DNA from: Schmidtea polychroa
Lineage: Eukaryota
Assembly (NCBI GenBank): GCA_044892525.1
Contig: JBJFYX010000144.1
Location: 62,001-126,000 of the forward strand
DNA length: 64,000 nucleotides
Direction of reading: 5' to 3'
Under the pieces are notes generated by a model. It made no database searches. It saw only the letters and a list, made by a program, of their open reading frames with translations, and was not told where the DNA came from. The position numbers were made by a program, and so were the translations under genes. Shown piece by piece: positions 35,621 through 45,517 of this stretch; within the stretch, counting starts at the first letter, position 1, and each line of letters begins with the position of its first letter.

Positions 35621-38600
35621 CTATATACGTGAGCTTGGAGGGCGCTGAGCATTACAGGCCTCCACCCACTGTTCCTGCTTGATATTACTTGGTCGTTTTA
35701 CACGATGTTGAAAATTTCTTATTCTGGCCATTTCTAGTTCTCCGCGATGCCGTCTATCTTTGATTATTTTTATTGTCCCCCCCGTTATGATTAAAAAGGC
35801 CCCTGTTATTATTATGCCGCTGATCCACATCATCTGTTTTACGCTTATAATTTCCGCTTTTCCCTTGTTCGTTATTGTTGATATTGCTTCTGTGCTTTTT
35901 AGATTACCGTCTTTGCCATTTCCTTTCATCATTCCTCGTATTCTTGCTATTTCCTCGTTCATACCTTCCTTTGCCATTTTTTGTATTTTCTCCATCTCCT
36001 CCTCGGATACATAATTGTCTTGATGTTTCTCACTGTTTTTCTTGCGTTTTCCTTGCTCATCTTTTTCATCATTGATTTTTCTTTTCCTCCCTCTTTTCCC
36101 AGGGTATCGTCGACATTCTCTTTCTGGACCGTTTCTCAGGATACATACCGTATATTCCTTTGGTGGTTGTTGTTGCGTTACATATTGTAGACAATTTTCT
36201 CCTGGGCCTAGCCTCGAAATACACACTTTGTGCTCTTTTCTTGGTTGAAGCTGTGTTATCACTATTTCCCCTCCTTTACTCAGGTGTACCTCTTTCCATT
36301 TGACTTTTGTTATCTTCTTCCCGTTTCGATGTTGGTACGCTTCTTGTATTCCCACTTCCGTTATTGGTTCTGCATCTTCATTTTTTAACACTAGTCTCTG
36401 ATAAGCTCTAGACATACATCTTCCTAATATACACCTTTCTTTTAGATCCCATTCTTCTTTTAGATCCCATTGCTGCTCTTGTACTTGTTTTTTCTTTTCT
36501 TGTTTTAGTTCTTCCTCTTTGTTGTCCTTATTTTCCGTTTCCTTGGCTTCTTTTATCGTTCTCATTCCTCCCTGGGCTGTTATCATTTCCACCATTGTTA
36601 ATACGAGTATCATTATCATCATATTTGTCTCCATTTCTTTGTTGGTAAAAAGTAGGCATACCCTCTGTTTTCCACTATTCGTCTTTTCTTCTTGCTTCCT
36701 TCGGTTTCCCGGGTTATTTTCCTCTTTTTTCCTGCTCGCGTCGTTATTTTCTTGATTATTCTCCTCTGATTTCTCTTTCTCTTTATTCCCGTTTCGACCT
36801 TTTTCATTATTATCGTCGTCTTTATCGTCTTTATCTCCCCCGCTATCGTTTAAAATGTCGTCCTCGACATTTATATCATTCAACAATCTGCGGTATGCCG
36901 TTAGCACTCTGTTTCTTGCTAATTTTGCTTCGAATTCGAACTCCTTTCTGCCTGTTGCTACATGTCTCTTTCTATTCCATTCTTTTACTAATTCTCTTAA
37001 TTGTATCCGACGATGTTTTCCGATTCGCTTTTGTTCGTTTAGATTTTGCGTGAATTTGAGGTCTTCTCTGTTCAATACGATCATTATGATTTTCGGAGTT
37101 CCTCCTTTTGTTAGTGTATTTTTAACCATAGCATTTTCTCCGTTTTCGTAGAACTCATTTATATTTATTGCATATTTATTGGTTTGCGGTATTTTCCATG
37201 TTAGCAATAACTTCATGGCTTCTAAGTTCATCCGTATCGTGTTCCATTGGAACTGTGACGTGTTTTTACAGATATTTTCTACCTCAGTTCTTGTAGCATT
37301 TTTACAAATGAATCTAATCATTTCCAAGTTTGGTTGTATTGTTGCCCAATCCATGGTAGAATTCCCTTCGTTCGATATTTCGTTCAGTCTTGATCCTGAT
37401 TGATGTAGTATATGTAATGTTTTCGGGTGTATATTTGTTATTGCTGCATACATCATTGCTGTTTCTCCTTGTTCATTTTTTGCATTAGATTCTTCCCCGA
37501 AGTCTCTAAGAATTCTTATGATGGTTATGGCTCTGTTTTCTTTTGCTGCTAAGATGGCTTGTTGTAATGGTGTTCTTGAATCTTTCGTCGGTAAGGTGAA
37601 TGCTAGTGGTATGAATGTTTTTATTTTTTCTATGTCTAGATTTGTGGTCTGGTCTCTCGCGTAGGTGTGTACTGTTTTTGTTATTTTTGCTAGTATCGCT
37701 TCATCGGATAGATCTTGCATTTCTTCAAAGAATACTTCTTTAGCCTTACGTATTACTATCTCTTGGTCGGAGTTTATTATCTTTGGTTTACTTGTTGTTG
37801 CTATATATCTTATTATTTGATCGACTCGTTTCTCAGACTCTCTTGCTGTTATTTTCTTGATTTTTATCTTTTTCTTGTTCGAACTGTTAATGCGTTCCTC
37901 TGCCGTTAGAACTTGAATAATGCTTAGGTAAGTTTCTCGAATGTTATTCATATTTTCCATCATATATAATACACTCACGGTTTCCCAAAATTTTACTTGT
38001 ACTTTATCGGTAAATTGAGATATAGCTTTTTCGAAGTTGGTAATTCGGTTTCTGATTAGTTGCTCGTCTTTGTGATTTGAAAACTTTATGCCACGTTGTA
38101 GTAGTTGATTTGGAATTTCGAATAGGTGATGTCCTCTCATCGCTTCCCTCATCAAGGTGTTTTCTCCTTTGGTAAATGTTTCGTTTATATCTACCATATA
38201 ATCGTTTTTGATCGGGTTCCTCCATGCAATTAGTATTCCAGTAATTGTTATTAATTTCTCTTTGATTGCAGTTAATAACCCGTCATACATGTTTCCTATC
38301 TCCCTATTATCCTCGTACGATAATAGATCTACTAAGATTATGAATGCTTCAGTGCTTTTCCCTTCGATTGCATGATGTAGTGCATTTTTATGGTTGTGAT
38401 CTTGTGTGGTTATCTTTGACCCAGTTTCAAGTAATGCGATAATAATATCTTTAGCTTTATCCCGATTGGCTGCTATCATTAGTGGAGTGCAACCTTGGTT
38501 GTTTTCTTGATCTGTCGAAATGTTACAATCGCGAAATGCTTCAATTGTTTCTAATATCTGTTCGTTACTACCCACCTTTAAAAGCTTGTGCAGGGGTGTG

Positions 38601-41600
38601 TCTCCGTAATGGTCTGTGATCGTGAATAATATAGGCCATTGACTTTTAACTACCCTGAGCAATGGGTGTGTTCTTTCTCGATTTGCATAGTTTTCTATCA
38701 TTGTTAGCAGACCTCCCAATATCTCAAAATCTAATCTGTCTTCTGCCCATCCGGGCATTTTAGCTTTCACTTCCTTTATGATTTTCTCGGCTTCTGATGG
38801 TTGTAACCCCAATCGGTTACCTGTTGGTTCGTTTATCTGCTGTAACATATTTATTCTATACGTTTGTGATCTTGTTGTTAATGTTCGCCCTTCCGGCTGG
38901 CTGGTGGCTGTTTTCGGTATTGGCTTACATCGTGCCACATTTACATATATTGGCCTCGTGAAGGGGTTGTTTACCAATCGTACTCTCACATTGGTTTCTC
39001 CGATGAATAGAATCTCATACGGACCTTTACCGTTTCGTTGTAATTTTTTGGTGGTTCCTGGGATTAATTCTGGTGTTTCGATCATCACCCAATCGCCTGT
39101 TTGAAACGTATGCTGTTTGACGTTTTTCTTTCTATCATGTAACTCTTTGTAACTTTCTTGATAAAATTTTATATTCAATCCTGCAGTTTCCCAGATTTCC
39201 TGCATTCTTTCCTTGAACTTGGTTACATAATCGTCTATTTCCATGTATTGTGATATTGGTGGCTGATATTCTAGATCCATTGGCATATTGCATTCTCTGC
39301 CGTACATCAACCTAAACGGACTCATCTTTGTGGACGCGTGAATCGACATTCTGTAAGCCATTAAACATAATTTTATATACTCGTCCCAGTCGCGTTGATG
39401 ACGATCGACATAATTTGATAACATTTGAATCAGTGTTCCATTGAATCTTTCTGTCATACCATTAGTTTGTGGATGGTACGGTGATGTTCTAAATTTTGCG
39501 ATCTTGAAGTAGTTGGTAACTTCGCTCATTATTTCGCTCATGAAATTTGTTCCTTGATCAGTTAATATCTGTTTTGGTGTTCCATATCGACAGCATATCT
39601 CCTCTACTAGTATTTTCGCGATTGTTCTTGCTTTCTGATCTGCCATTGCGAATGCTTCGGGGAATTTTGTCAAATAATCTGTGATTACCAATATATATAT
39701 ATTTCCTCTATCTGATTCTGGTAGTGGACCGACTACGTCCATTGATATCATTGTCATTGGTTCCGCTGGTACTGGCATTGGCTTTAATGGTGCCTTCCAT
39801 TTCGTTCCCGTGTTTTTTCTGGTCGCGCAAGTTATACAGTTCTTTACCCATTCCGTTACATCCTCGGTCAATGTAGGCCAGAAGTATTTTTGTTTCATTC
39901 GTGCCAACGTCTTTTTAGATGACATATGTCCTCCGAGTCTTCCGTCATGGTATTGTGTTAGCAGATCTTTACGTCTATTCTCGGGAATGCACATCAGTCT
40001 TTTCTCGCCATCCATTATCAATAACCAATCTTTCTCTATTATATATCGATGTCGATGTTTATCCATATGCTCCTTCAATTTTTGATCTTTCTCATATACC
40101 TCTGCTTTCCCTGTTTTCACATACTCAATGATTTGCTTCAACTCTGTATCCTCTTGTTGGTCTTTCCGTAATTGGCAAAAATCTAAATCTTCTGCTACCA
40201 TCAGACATATTCGTTGCATTTCGTGATCTACTAAATCTGGAAAGATAAATCTGGACATACAATCTGCATTGGCATTCGCTCTTCCCGCTTTGAATTTTAT
40301 GAACGGTGAATATTCTTGTAACTGCATTGCCCATCGCATCAATCTACTTGAAGCTTCTTTGTGTTGACCAAGCCATACTAGTGGTTGATGATCTGTTGTG
40401 ATACATATTTCGTGTCCCCACAACAAATATCGAAAATGTTTAATCGCTTGTATAATTGCTAACGCTTCTCTCTCGGTTACGGAATAGTTTTTCTCATGCT
40501 TTTTAAACGTTCTGCTGTAGTATCCAATCACTCTTTCTTTTCCTTCTTCATCCAGTTGTCCTAATATTGCTCCGGCTGCATATCCACTTGCATCTGTTGC
40601 TAATAAGAACGGTTTCTTGAAATCAGGATGTACTAGTATTGGGGCTTCAATTAATTTATCTCGCAATGTCTCAAATGCTTTTTGTTGTTCTGCACCCCAA
40701 ATAAATGAAATATCCTTTTTCACTAATTCCTGTATTGGTTTCGCAATACCTGCATAGTTTTTGATGAATTTTCGATAATATCCGCATAATCCGAGAAATT
40801 CTTGAACTTGGGTGACAGTTTTTGGTGCTGGACATGTTTTTATTTTTTCTATGTTTCTTGGATCTGGTTCTTTGCCTTTTGCTGACACTATTTGTCCTAA
40901 GAACGTAACCTTTTCTTTTGCCCAATCACATTTGGATGGTTTGAGTTTCAATTTCCATTGTCGTAATCGGATGAACACGTTTCTAATGTCTTCCAAATGT
41001 TGTTCGAATGTTGCTGAATATATTAATAAATCATCAATATATACCATACACTGCTTGATCCCGTGTGTGACAAAATTCATACATCTCTGGAATGATGCTG
41101 GGGCATTGGTCAGTCCGAACGGCATTTTCCTGAATTGGTATAGATCTCGGCCCAATGTGAATGCTGTTTTCTCTTTGTCTTCCTCCTTGACTTTGATCTG
41201 CCAATATCCGCTTTTCAGATCTAAAGATGTAAAATATGCGGCCCCCTGTAACATAAGTAACATCTCATTGATGTCTGGTAACGGGTATGTGTCTCTTTTT
41301 GTTACTGCATTTAGTTTCCGATAATCGATACAGAATCTCTGAGTACCGTCCTTTTTCTTCACCATGACTACTGGAAATTGCCATGGCGAACAACTTGGTT
41401 CGATCACTTGTGCATCTAGCATTTTTTGTACTTCTGCTTCGGCTATCTCTTTTTGCTTCTCTGCTAGTTTGTATGGACGTAGTGCGATTGGAGTTTCGTC
41501 TATTAATGGTATTGCGTGTAATGTAACATCGCATGCTCCCAAATCTAAATCCGAAATTGCGAATATATCTTTATATTCTATCAATAATTGTTGAAGTCTT

Positions 41601-44600
41601 TCCTTTTCCTTTTCCGTTAGCAATGTGCTATCGATTGTCCATAATTCGTCAGCTTTCGTTGTTTCATTGGTGATTTTTGGTAATTCGATGTCTATCATGG
41701 GTGTCAATCTACCCAATCTTTCATTTTCATATATGATTTTATCTTCTTCCTCGAAATTTGTGATGTTGATTGGTATTTCCCTGTCTTCCTTTATTGTTAT
41801 TATTTCTCTTGCTAATGGTAATTCTCGTCGTTTTTCGAATGATTTACTTGGCTCAAAAATGGCTTCTCCTTCCATTCCTGCATCCACTTTTATTTGACAT
41901 ATCATCTGGGATTTTGCTGGTACAATTATTTTCTCCGGACATCTGATTATTGCGTTCATTTTGCATATTCTACCCATTTTATCTTTTAGGCACATTGTTG
42001 TTAGATCTATTACTACTTCTTTGAACAATTCCGGCATTAAATCCGTTCCGATTATACATGGTTCACTCAGTTTGGGTATCACCGCTAGATACGTTTCAAT
42101 TTCATTATCTTGATATCGTAACGTAGTCCACCATCTTCCTACTACGTCTACGGTTTCTTTACTGCATGCAATAATATGGATAGTTGTTTGTTCGATGTCT
42201 TTCCAACATTTACTGGGTATTTGGTTTATTGCTATTGCTGATACATTTGCTCCGGTATCTATCATTGCGCTCGTCTCTTTCCCGTTGATTTGGATCATGA
42301 CCGTTACTGCTGCTCCTCCTGGTGAACTCATTACTGCTATTGTTCTGACGTCATCAGCTTGGTCTACGCTTTTCGTTCTTCGGGTCGGCATATAGTTCAT
42401 CCCTGGTTGACTTGGTAACTGTGGATACATATTTTGTGTCATGGTCAAAGCTGTTTGTTGTCCAACGATATCTGGTGGTATATAACTTCCGTTGGCTATC
42501 CAGGTATTTGTTTTTTCTTTCTCCCAATATGGCGCTGTTTCCATTGGCTTTTCATTCGGGTTTCTACTTGGATATGGGTATTTGTCATTCCCGTTGTCGT
42601 CATCATCACTATCGCTGCTGTTTGATCGATTTCTAAATCTGTCTAGGAATTTTGGTTTGTTCTTTTTTAGTTGTGCTCTCGTTGCTTCATCATACATGGT
42701 TTTCCGAAATCGTCTACCGACTTCCTCGTCAGTTCCTTTTATTTTCGTCAGTATTTTGATCAATCGTTTTATTCTATGTATGTCTTTAGAATGACCGTGC
42801 AACACCATTGTTTTTGCCAAGAATGGTAGAAAACCTACTATCAATTTCCAATTCACTTTCTTTTCTCGCTTGTATATATCGAAGCATGCCAACATTTGGG
42901 TCAATATTACCCTGACGATCTGAATAATTAAGATGATTCCCAATATTCCTGCCATCATTTGACCGAACACTAGAAATCTTCCCCACATTGCTTTCATCAT
43001 GTTTGACGTGGCTTGTTGAAAATGATCGGGTGACAATAATAGTTCGTAATTGGGGCCTGACTGGAAATTCGTTCCCCCAGTTATGGTAACCATATTCGAT
43101 AGAATGGATTCTCGCCTTGCTGGGAATAGTACGTTTAGTCGTGCTGTTTCTAAATCCTCTGGTGAGTACATACCTGCTTTTGACACATCAATTGGTTTGA
43201 AATCTTGCTCCGTTGCGAGTTCTATTAATCCAAACTTTTTAGGTTCTTGTACTTCGGTTTTTACCGGTAACATTATCCATTTCCCATCGGGTTTTTCATA
43301 TAACGGTCCGTATGCATTTGAACAGTTAAAGGTGTTCGGATAAAATCCAATTGGGTTCATAATTCTAGTGACGGGTTGAACGAATCTGTTTCGCCCTTTG
43401 TAGCTAATTTCTAATTCATTTGCACATTTCCCTGGTGGAATTGTGGGCTTTCTTGGCAGTCGCGCAAATGTCTTGGTACATGCATATGTATACATTACCT
43501 CTCCCACCATTCTACCAAAATGTCCATCCGGTAACGGGAGTGATGGCATTGTGTTATCTGGGTGTGTTATTGCGATGGCTAATTTTGTTTTTAGTATCTC
43601 TTTATTCAATGAACAGTCATTTTGTATAAGATCGTAATACACTTTTTGCATTGTCGTTTGTCCTCGATGAAATAAAAAGTCCATTTTGTTATTGGCGTAC
43701 AGGTACAATTTTACGTCCTCTGTTGCTACCTTTCCCACTGCTCGGTCTATTACTTGCCTTGACATGTAGATACCTGCGTAGTTCGTCCGATATACTATGC
43801 TGTCACATTTGGTGGTCTCTTTTTCTCTGATGAATCTCATACCGATATCTGGATCATCTGTAATTAATGCCGTTGGTGATTTTTGTGTTGTGAGTCTCTT
43901 TTCTTTGGGGGATGGTGGAACTGGTTTCCCATTTCGCATCCTTACGTTTCCATTCTCTTCATCGTCATCCTCGTTTTCGTAAATTTCTCCTTTTACTTCA
44001 TTGAATAGAGCACTTTTTAGCAATTGGAGTCGGCATTTTTGGGTGTTAGCTTCATATATTATAGTCGAAATTCCCGTTCTACACACGTTTTCCGTAGCTC
44101 TGCATGCTGGGTTGGTTTTCATTTGATAGTTGTTTGCGTCGAATTGTGCTTCGTATTCCTTCAACTCCACTGTGTAGGACTCAATTACTACTACTCCCGA
44201 GATCACTTCTCCTCTGATCGTATATGTGCCTCCGTTACATGATCCATCAGTTGATTTTACTCGTCCGGCTACATAGATACTTTCCGTCTTGATCATTCCG
44301 CTTTGTCCGTGTATTGTTACTCCATCCCTGATTCTCATCGCTCCGGTTCTAAAAAGCTCTTTACAGTCTTCCCGTTGTATAGGTACCATTTCTTTATCTA
44401 ATCCAGGTAATATAAGGGTTGAATATGAGTATTGTCCACAGTAGTATGCCAACACTTTCTTCGATACTACGCATTCTCTAGCTTGCGTTCTAATGAAATC
44501 TGATTCTTGGTATACGTGATAGGAGACTTTCTTTTTTACTATATCTAATTTATTCGGAAATGCCTGTCTACATTCCTCTATATCTCTCAGGGAGTATCTT

Positions 44601-45517
44601 TCTCCTATTATCGAATTGTCACAGTCGTAAATGGTAAATCCCGCGGCTCCACTGGTGCAGAGCATCCATATCATCATGGTCATCATTAGTGAATTAATCG
44701 ACGCTTTTCTGCTGGCTGGGTCTTTCAATGGCAATTCCCATTCCAGCTCGTTTAGCAATTTCTTCAACCGAATTTGCATTGATCTCTCTTGCTCGTTTTT
44801 TCGTGGCGCTTGTATGAGTCTTTTCCACCCACCGGCGCGGATAATATGTGGTTCGATTGTATTTTCAATGATTGTAACGGTCATTTCTACATGATTTGCG
44901 AATTGTTTGTTAGGTATTTTCCTTGCTGCTAATCCCATCAAATTGTACATTAGATACGTTAATACTACTAAATGATGTTCGTCGTCGTTTGCGTTTAAAG
45001 TTAATTGTTCAATTACTCTTCTTGTCTCTTCCCAATCGGTTTTAGTGGTTTTTGTCTTCTCTTTGATTAATTTCGGAATTATTCCGGATATTGTATTCCA
45101 TAGCTGTCTGGCATCTACGCTTGCTACTTTTCGTTGCCATAATCGTCGCAATTGTGGGTTCGTTATTATTAGCATATCTTTTACTAGCTCTCGTATCCAT
45201 TTTTCGCCTCTTTCGATTGTTGGCTGGGCCTCTTTTAGATCCCACACTATTTTATCCAGTTTCTCTAATCTGACTTGTCCTTGTTCTTGTTTCAGTTGTT
45301 CTCTGGTTTTGAATTCTGGTTTTTCTCCTTGCTTCCTAGGTCTTCCTTTTGCCCGTTTCTCCATCATTGTTCCAGTTTCTCTGGTTGTTTCGTAACTCGG
45401 GTTTCTCTCATTATCTGTTCTTGGCAATGAGCTATCGTTGTTTCTCAACCACTCATTCCATTCGTCTATTATTTTGTCAGTTTGACCTTCTGATATTGCT
45501 TTCGTTGGTCCTTTTTT
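35621..45517 (-). CDS. pol: Bcl2-Env-Pol-ankyrin polyprotein (3275 aa in the track; frame is open back to a -1 slippery site at 45511-45517)
   Basis: Uninterrupted ORF. Protease MIDTGANVS (about 42255); RT LDLKSGYWQI, MPFGLTNAP, YIDD (41030-41041); RNase H TDASG..TEREALA..TDHQPL; integrase HDGRLGGH..CITC, MDVVGP, TDQG, ERFN, GPY (about 39020). Confidence 0.97.
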   Translation of the reverse strand, partial: KKGPTKAISEGQTDKIIDEWNEWLRNNDSSLPRTDNERNPSYETTRETGTMMEKRAKGRPRKQGEKPEFKTREQLKQEQGQVRLEKLDKIVWDLKEAQPTIERGEKWIRELVKDMLIITNPQLRRLWQRKVASVDARQLWNTISGIIPKLIKEKTKTTKTDWEETRRVIEQLTLNANDDEHHLVVLTYLMYNLMGLAARKIPNKQFANHVEMTVTIIENTIEPHIIRAGGWKRLIQAPRKNEQERSMQIRLKKLLNELEWELPLKDPASRKASINSLMMTMMIWMLCTSGAAGFTIYDCDNSIIGERYSLRDIEECRQAFPNKLDIVKKKVSYHVYQESDFIRTQARECVVSKKVLAYYCGQYSYSTLILPGLDKEMVPIQREDCKELFRTGAMRIRDGVTIHGQSGMIKTESIYVAGRVKSTDGSCNGGTYTIRGEVISGVVVIESYTVELKEYEAQFDANNYQMKTNPACRATENVCRTGISTIIYEANTQKCRLQLLKSALFNEVKGEIYENEDDDEENGNVRMRNGKPVPPSPKEKRLTTQKSPTALITDDPDIGMRFIREKETTKCDSIVYRTNYAGIYMSRQVIDRAVGKVATEDVKLYLYANNKMDFLFHRGQTTMQKVYYDLIQNDCSLNKEILKTKLAIAITHPDNTMPSLPLPDGHFGRMVGEVMYTYACTKTFARLPRKPTIPPGKCANELEISYKGRNRFVQPVTRIMNPIGFYPNTFNCSNAYGPLYEKPDGKWIMLPVKTEVQEPKKFGLIELATEQDFKPIDVSKAGMYSPEDLETARLNVLFPARRESILSNMVTITGGTNFQSGPNYELLLSPDHFQQATSNMMKAMWGRFLVFGQMMAGILGIILIIQIVRVILTQMLACFDIYKREKKVNWKLIVGFLPFLAKTMVLHGHSKDIHRIKRLIKILTKIKGTDEEVGRRFRKTMYDEATRAQLKKNKPKFLDRFRNRSNSSDSDDDDNGNDKYPYPSRNPNEKPMETAPYWEKEKTNTWIANGSYIPPDIVGQQTALTMTQNMYPQLPSQPGMNYMPTRRTKSVDQADDVRTIAVMSSPGGAAVTVMIQINGKETSAMIDTGANVSAIAINQIPSKCWKDIEQTTIHIIACSKETVDVVGRWWTTLRYQDNEIETYLAVIPKLSEPCIIGTDLMPELFKEVVIDLTTMCLKDKMGRICKMNAIIRCPEKIIVPAKSQMICQIKVDAGMEGEAIFEPSKSFEKRRELPLAREIITIKEDREIPINITNFEEEDKIIYENERLGRLTPMIDIELPKITNETTKADELWTIDSTLLTEKEKERLQQLLIEYKDIFAISDLDLGACDVTLHAIPLIDETPIALRPYKLAEKQKEIAEAEVQKMLDAQVIEPSCSPWQFPVVMVKKKDGTQRFCIDYRKLNAVTKRDTYPLPDINEMLLMLQGAAYFTSLDLKSGYWQIKVKEEDKEKTAFTLGRDLYQFRKMPFGLTNAPASFQRCMNFVTHGIKQCMVYIDDLLIYSATFEQHLEDIRNVFIRLRQWKLKLKPSKCDWAKEKVTFLGQIVSAKGKEPDPRNIEKIKTCPAPKTVTQVQEFLGLCGYYRKFIKNYAGIAKPIQELVKKDISFIWGAEQQKAFETLRDKLIEAPILVHPDFKKPFLLATDASGYAAGAILGQLDEEGKERVIGYYSRTFKKHEKNYSVTEREALAIIQAIKHFRYLLWGHEICITTDHQPLVWLGQHKEASSRLMRWAMQLQEYSPFIKFKAGRANANADCMSRFIFPDLVDHEMQRICLMVAEDLDFCQLRKDQQEDTELKQIIEYVKTGKAEVYEKDQKLKEHMDKHRHRYIIEKDWLLIMDGEKRLMCIPENRRKDLLTQYHDGRLGGHMSSKKTLARMKQKYFWPTLTEDVTEWVKNCITCATRKNTGTKWKAPLKPMPVPAEPMTMISMDVVGPLPESDRGNIYILVITDYLTKFPEAFAMADQKARTIAKILVEEICCRYGTPKQILTDQGTNFMSEIMSEVTNYFKIAKFRTSPYHPQTNGMTERFNGTLIQMLSNYVDRHQRDWDEYIKLCLMAYRMSIHASTKMSPFRLMYGRECNMPMDLEYQPPISQYMEIDDYVTKFKERMQEIWETAGLNIKFYQESYKELHDRKKNVKQHTFQTGDWVMIETPELIPGTTKKLQRNGKGPYEILFIGETNVRVRLVNNPFTRPIYVNVARCKPIPKTATSQPEGRTLTTRSQTYRINMLQQINEPTGNRLGLQPSEAEKIIKEVKAKMPGWAEDRLDFEILGGLLTMIENYANRERTHPLLRVVKSQWPILFTITDHYGDTPLHKLLKVGSNEQILETIEAFRDCNISTDQENNQGCTPLMIAANRDKAKDIIIALLETGSKITTQDHNHKNALHHAIEGKSTEAFIILVDLLSYEDNREIGNMYDGLLTAIKEKLITITGILIAWRNPIKNDYMVDINETFTKGENTLMREAMRGHHLFEIPNQLLQRGIKFSNHKDEQLIRNRITNFEKAISQFTDKVQVKFWETVSVLYMMENMNNIRETYLSIIQVLTAEERINSSNKKKIKIKKITARESEKRVDQIIRYIATTSKPKIINSDQEIVIRKAKEVFFEEMQDLSDEAILAKITKTVHTYARDQTTNLDIEKIKTFIPLAFTLPTKDSRTPLQQAILAAKENRAITIIRILRDFGEESNAKNEQGETAMMYAAITNIHPKTLHILHQSGSRLNEISNEGNSTMDWATIQPNLEMIRFICKNATRTEVENICKNTSQFQWNTIRMNLEAMKLLLTWKIPQTNKYAININEFYENGENAMVKNTLTKGGTPKIIMIVLNREDLKFTQNLNEQKRIGKHRRIQLRELVKEWNRKRHVATGRKEFEFEAKLARNRVLTAYRRLLNDINVEDDILNDSGGDKDDKDDDNNEKGRNGNKEKEKSEENNQENNDASRKKEENNPGNRRKQEEKTNSGKQRVCLLFTNKEMETNMMIMILVLTMVEMITAQGGMRTIKEAKETENKDNKEEELKQEKKKQVQEQQWDLKEEWDLKERCILGRCMSRAYQRLVLKNEDAEPITEVGIQEAYQHRNGKKITKVKWKEVHLSKGGEIVITQLQPRKEHKVCISRLGPGENCLQYVTQQQPPKEYTVCILRNGPERECRRYPGKRGRKRKINDEKDEQGKRKKNSEKHQDNYVSEEEMEKIQKMAKEGMNEEIARIRGMMKGNGKDGNLKSTEAISTITNKGKAEIISVKQMMWISGIIITGAFLIITGGTIKIIKDRRHRGELEMARIRNFQHRVKRPSNIKQEQWVEACNAQRPPSSRI
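37100..38620 (-). other. Two ankyrin-repeat clusters fused after integrase
   Basis: DHYGDTPLH, NNQGCTPLMIAA, DHNHKNALHHA, KGENTL (38100-38620); DSRTPLQQA, NEQGETAMMYAA, NEGNSTMDWA, NGENAM (37100-37590). Confidence 0.85.
42800..44702 (-). other. env: Envelope glycoprotein domain, chuvirus-like / class III fusion type
   Basis: Signal segment LMMTMMIWMLCTSGAAG followed by FTIYDC..YSLRDIEEC..YQ..EC..YYCG; Cys-rich ectodomain; end WGRFLVFGQMMAGILGIILIIQIVRVIL. This pattern is typical of chuviral glycoproteins. Confidence 0.8.
44810..45210 (-). other. Bcl-2-like domain of the polyprotein
   Basis: BH2-like TIEPHIIRAGGWKRLI (compare Bcl-2 HLHTWIQDNGGWDAFV), preceded by a helical BH1-position segment RRVIEQLTLNANDDEHHLVVLTYLMYNL. 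Confidence 0.65.

Noticed and set aside
41690-41960. dUTPase between protease and RT
   Set aside because: The beta-rich linker is of the kind common in Gypsy pol, but the catalytic dUTPase motifs are not visible.
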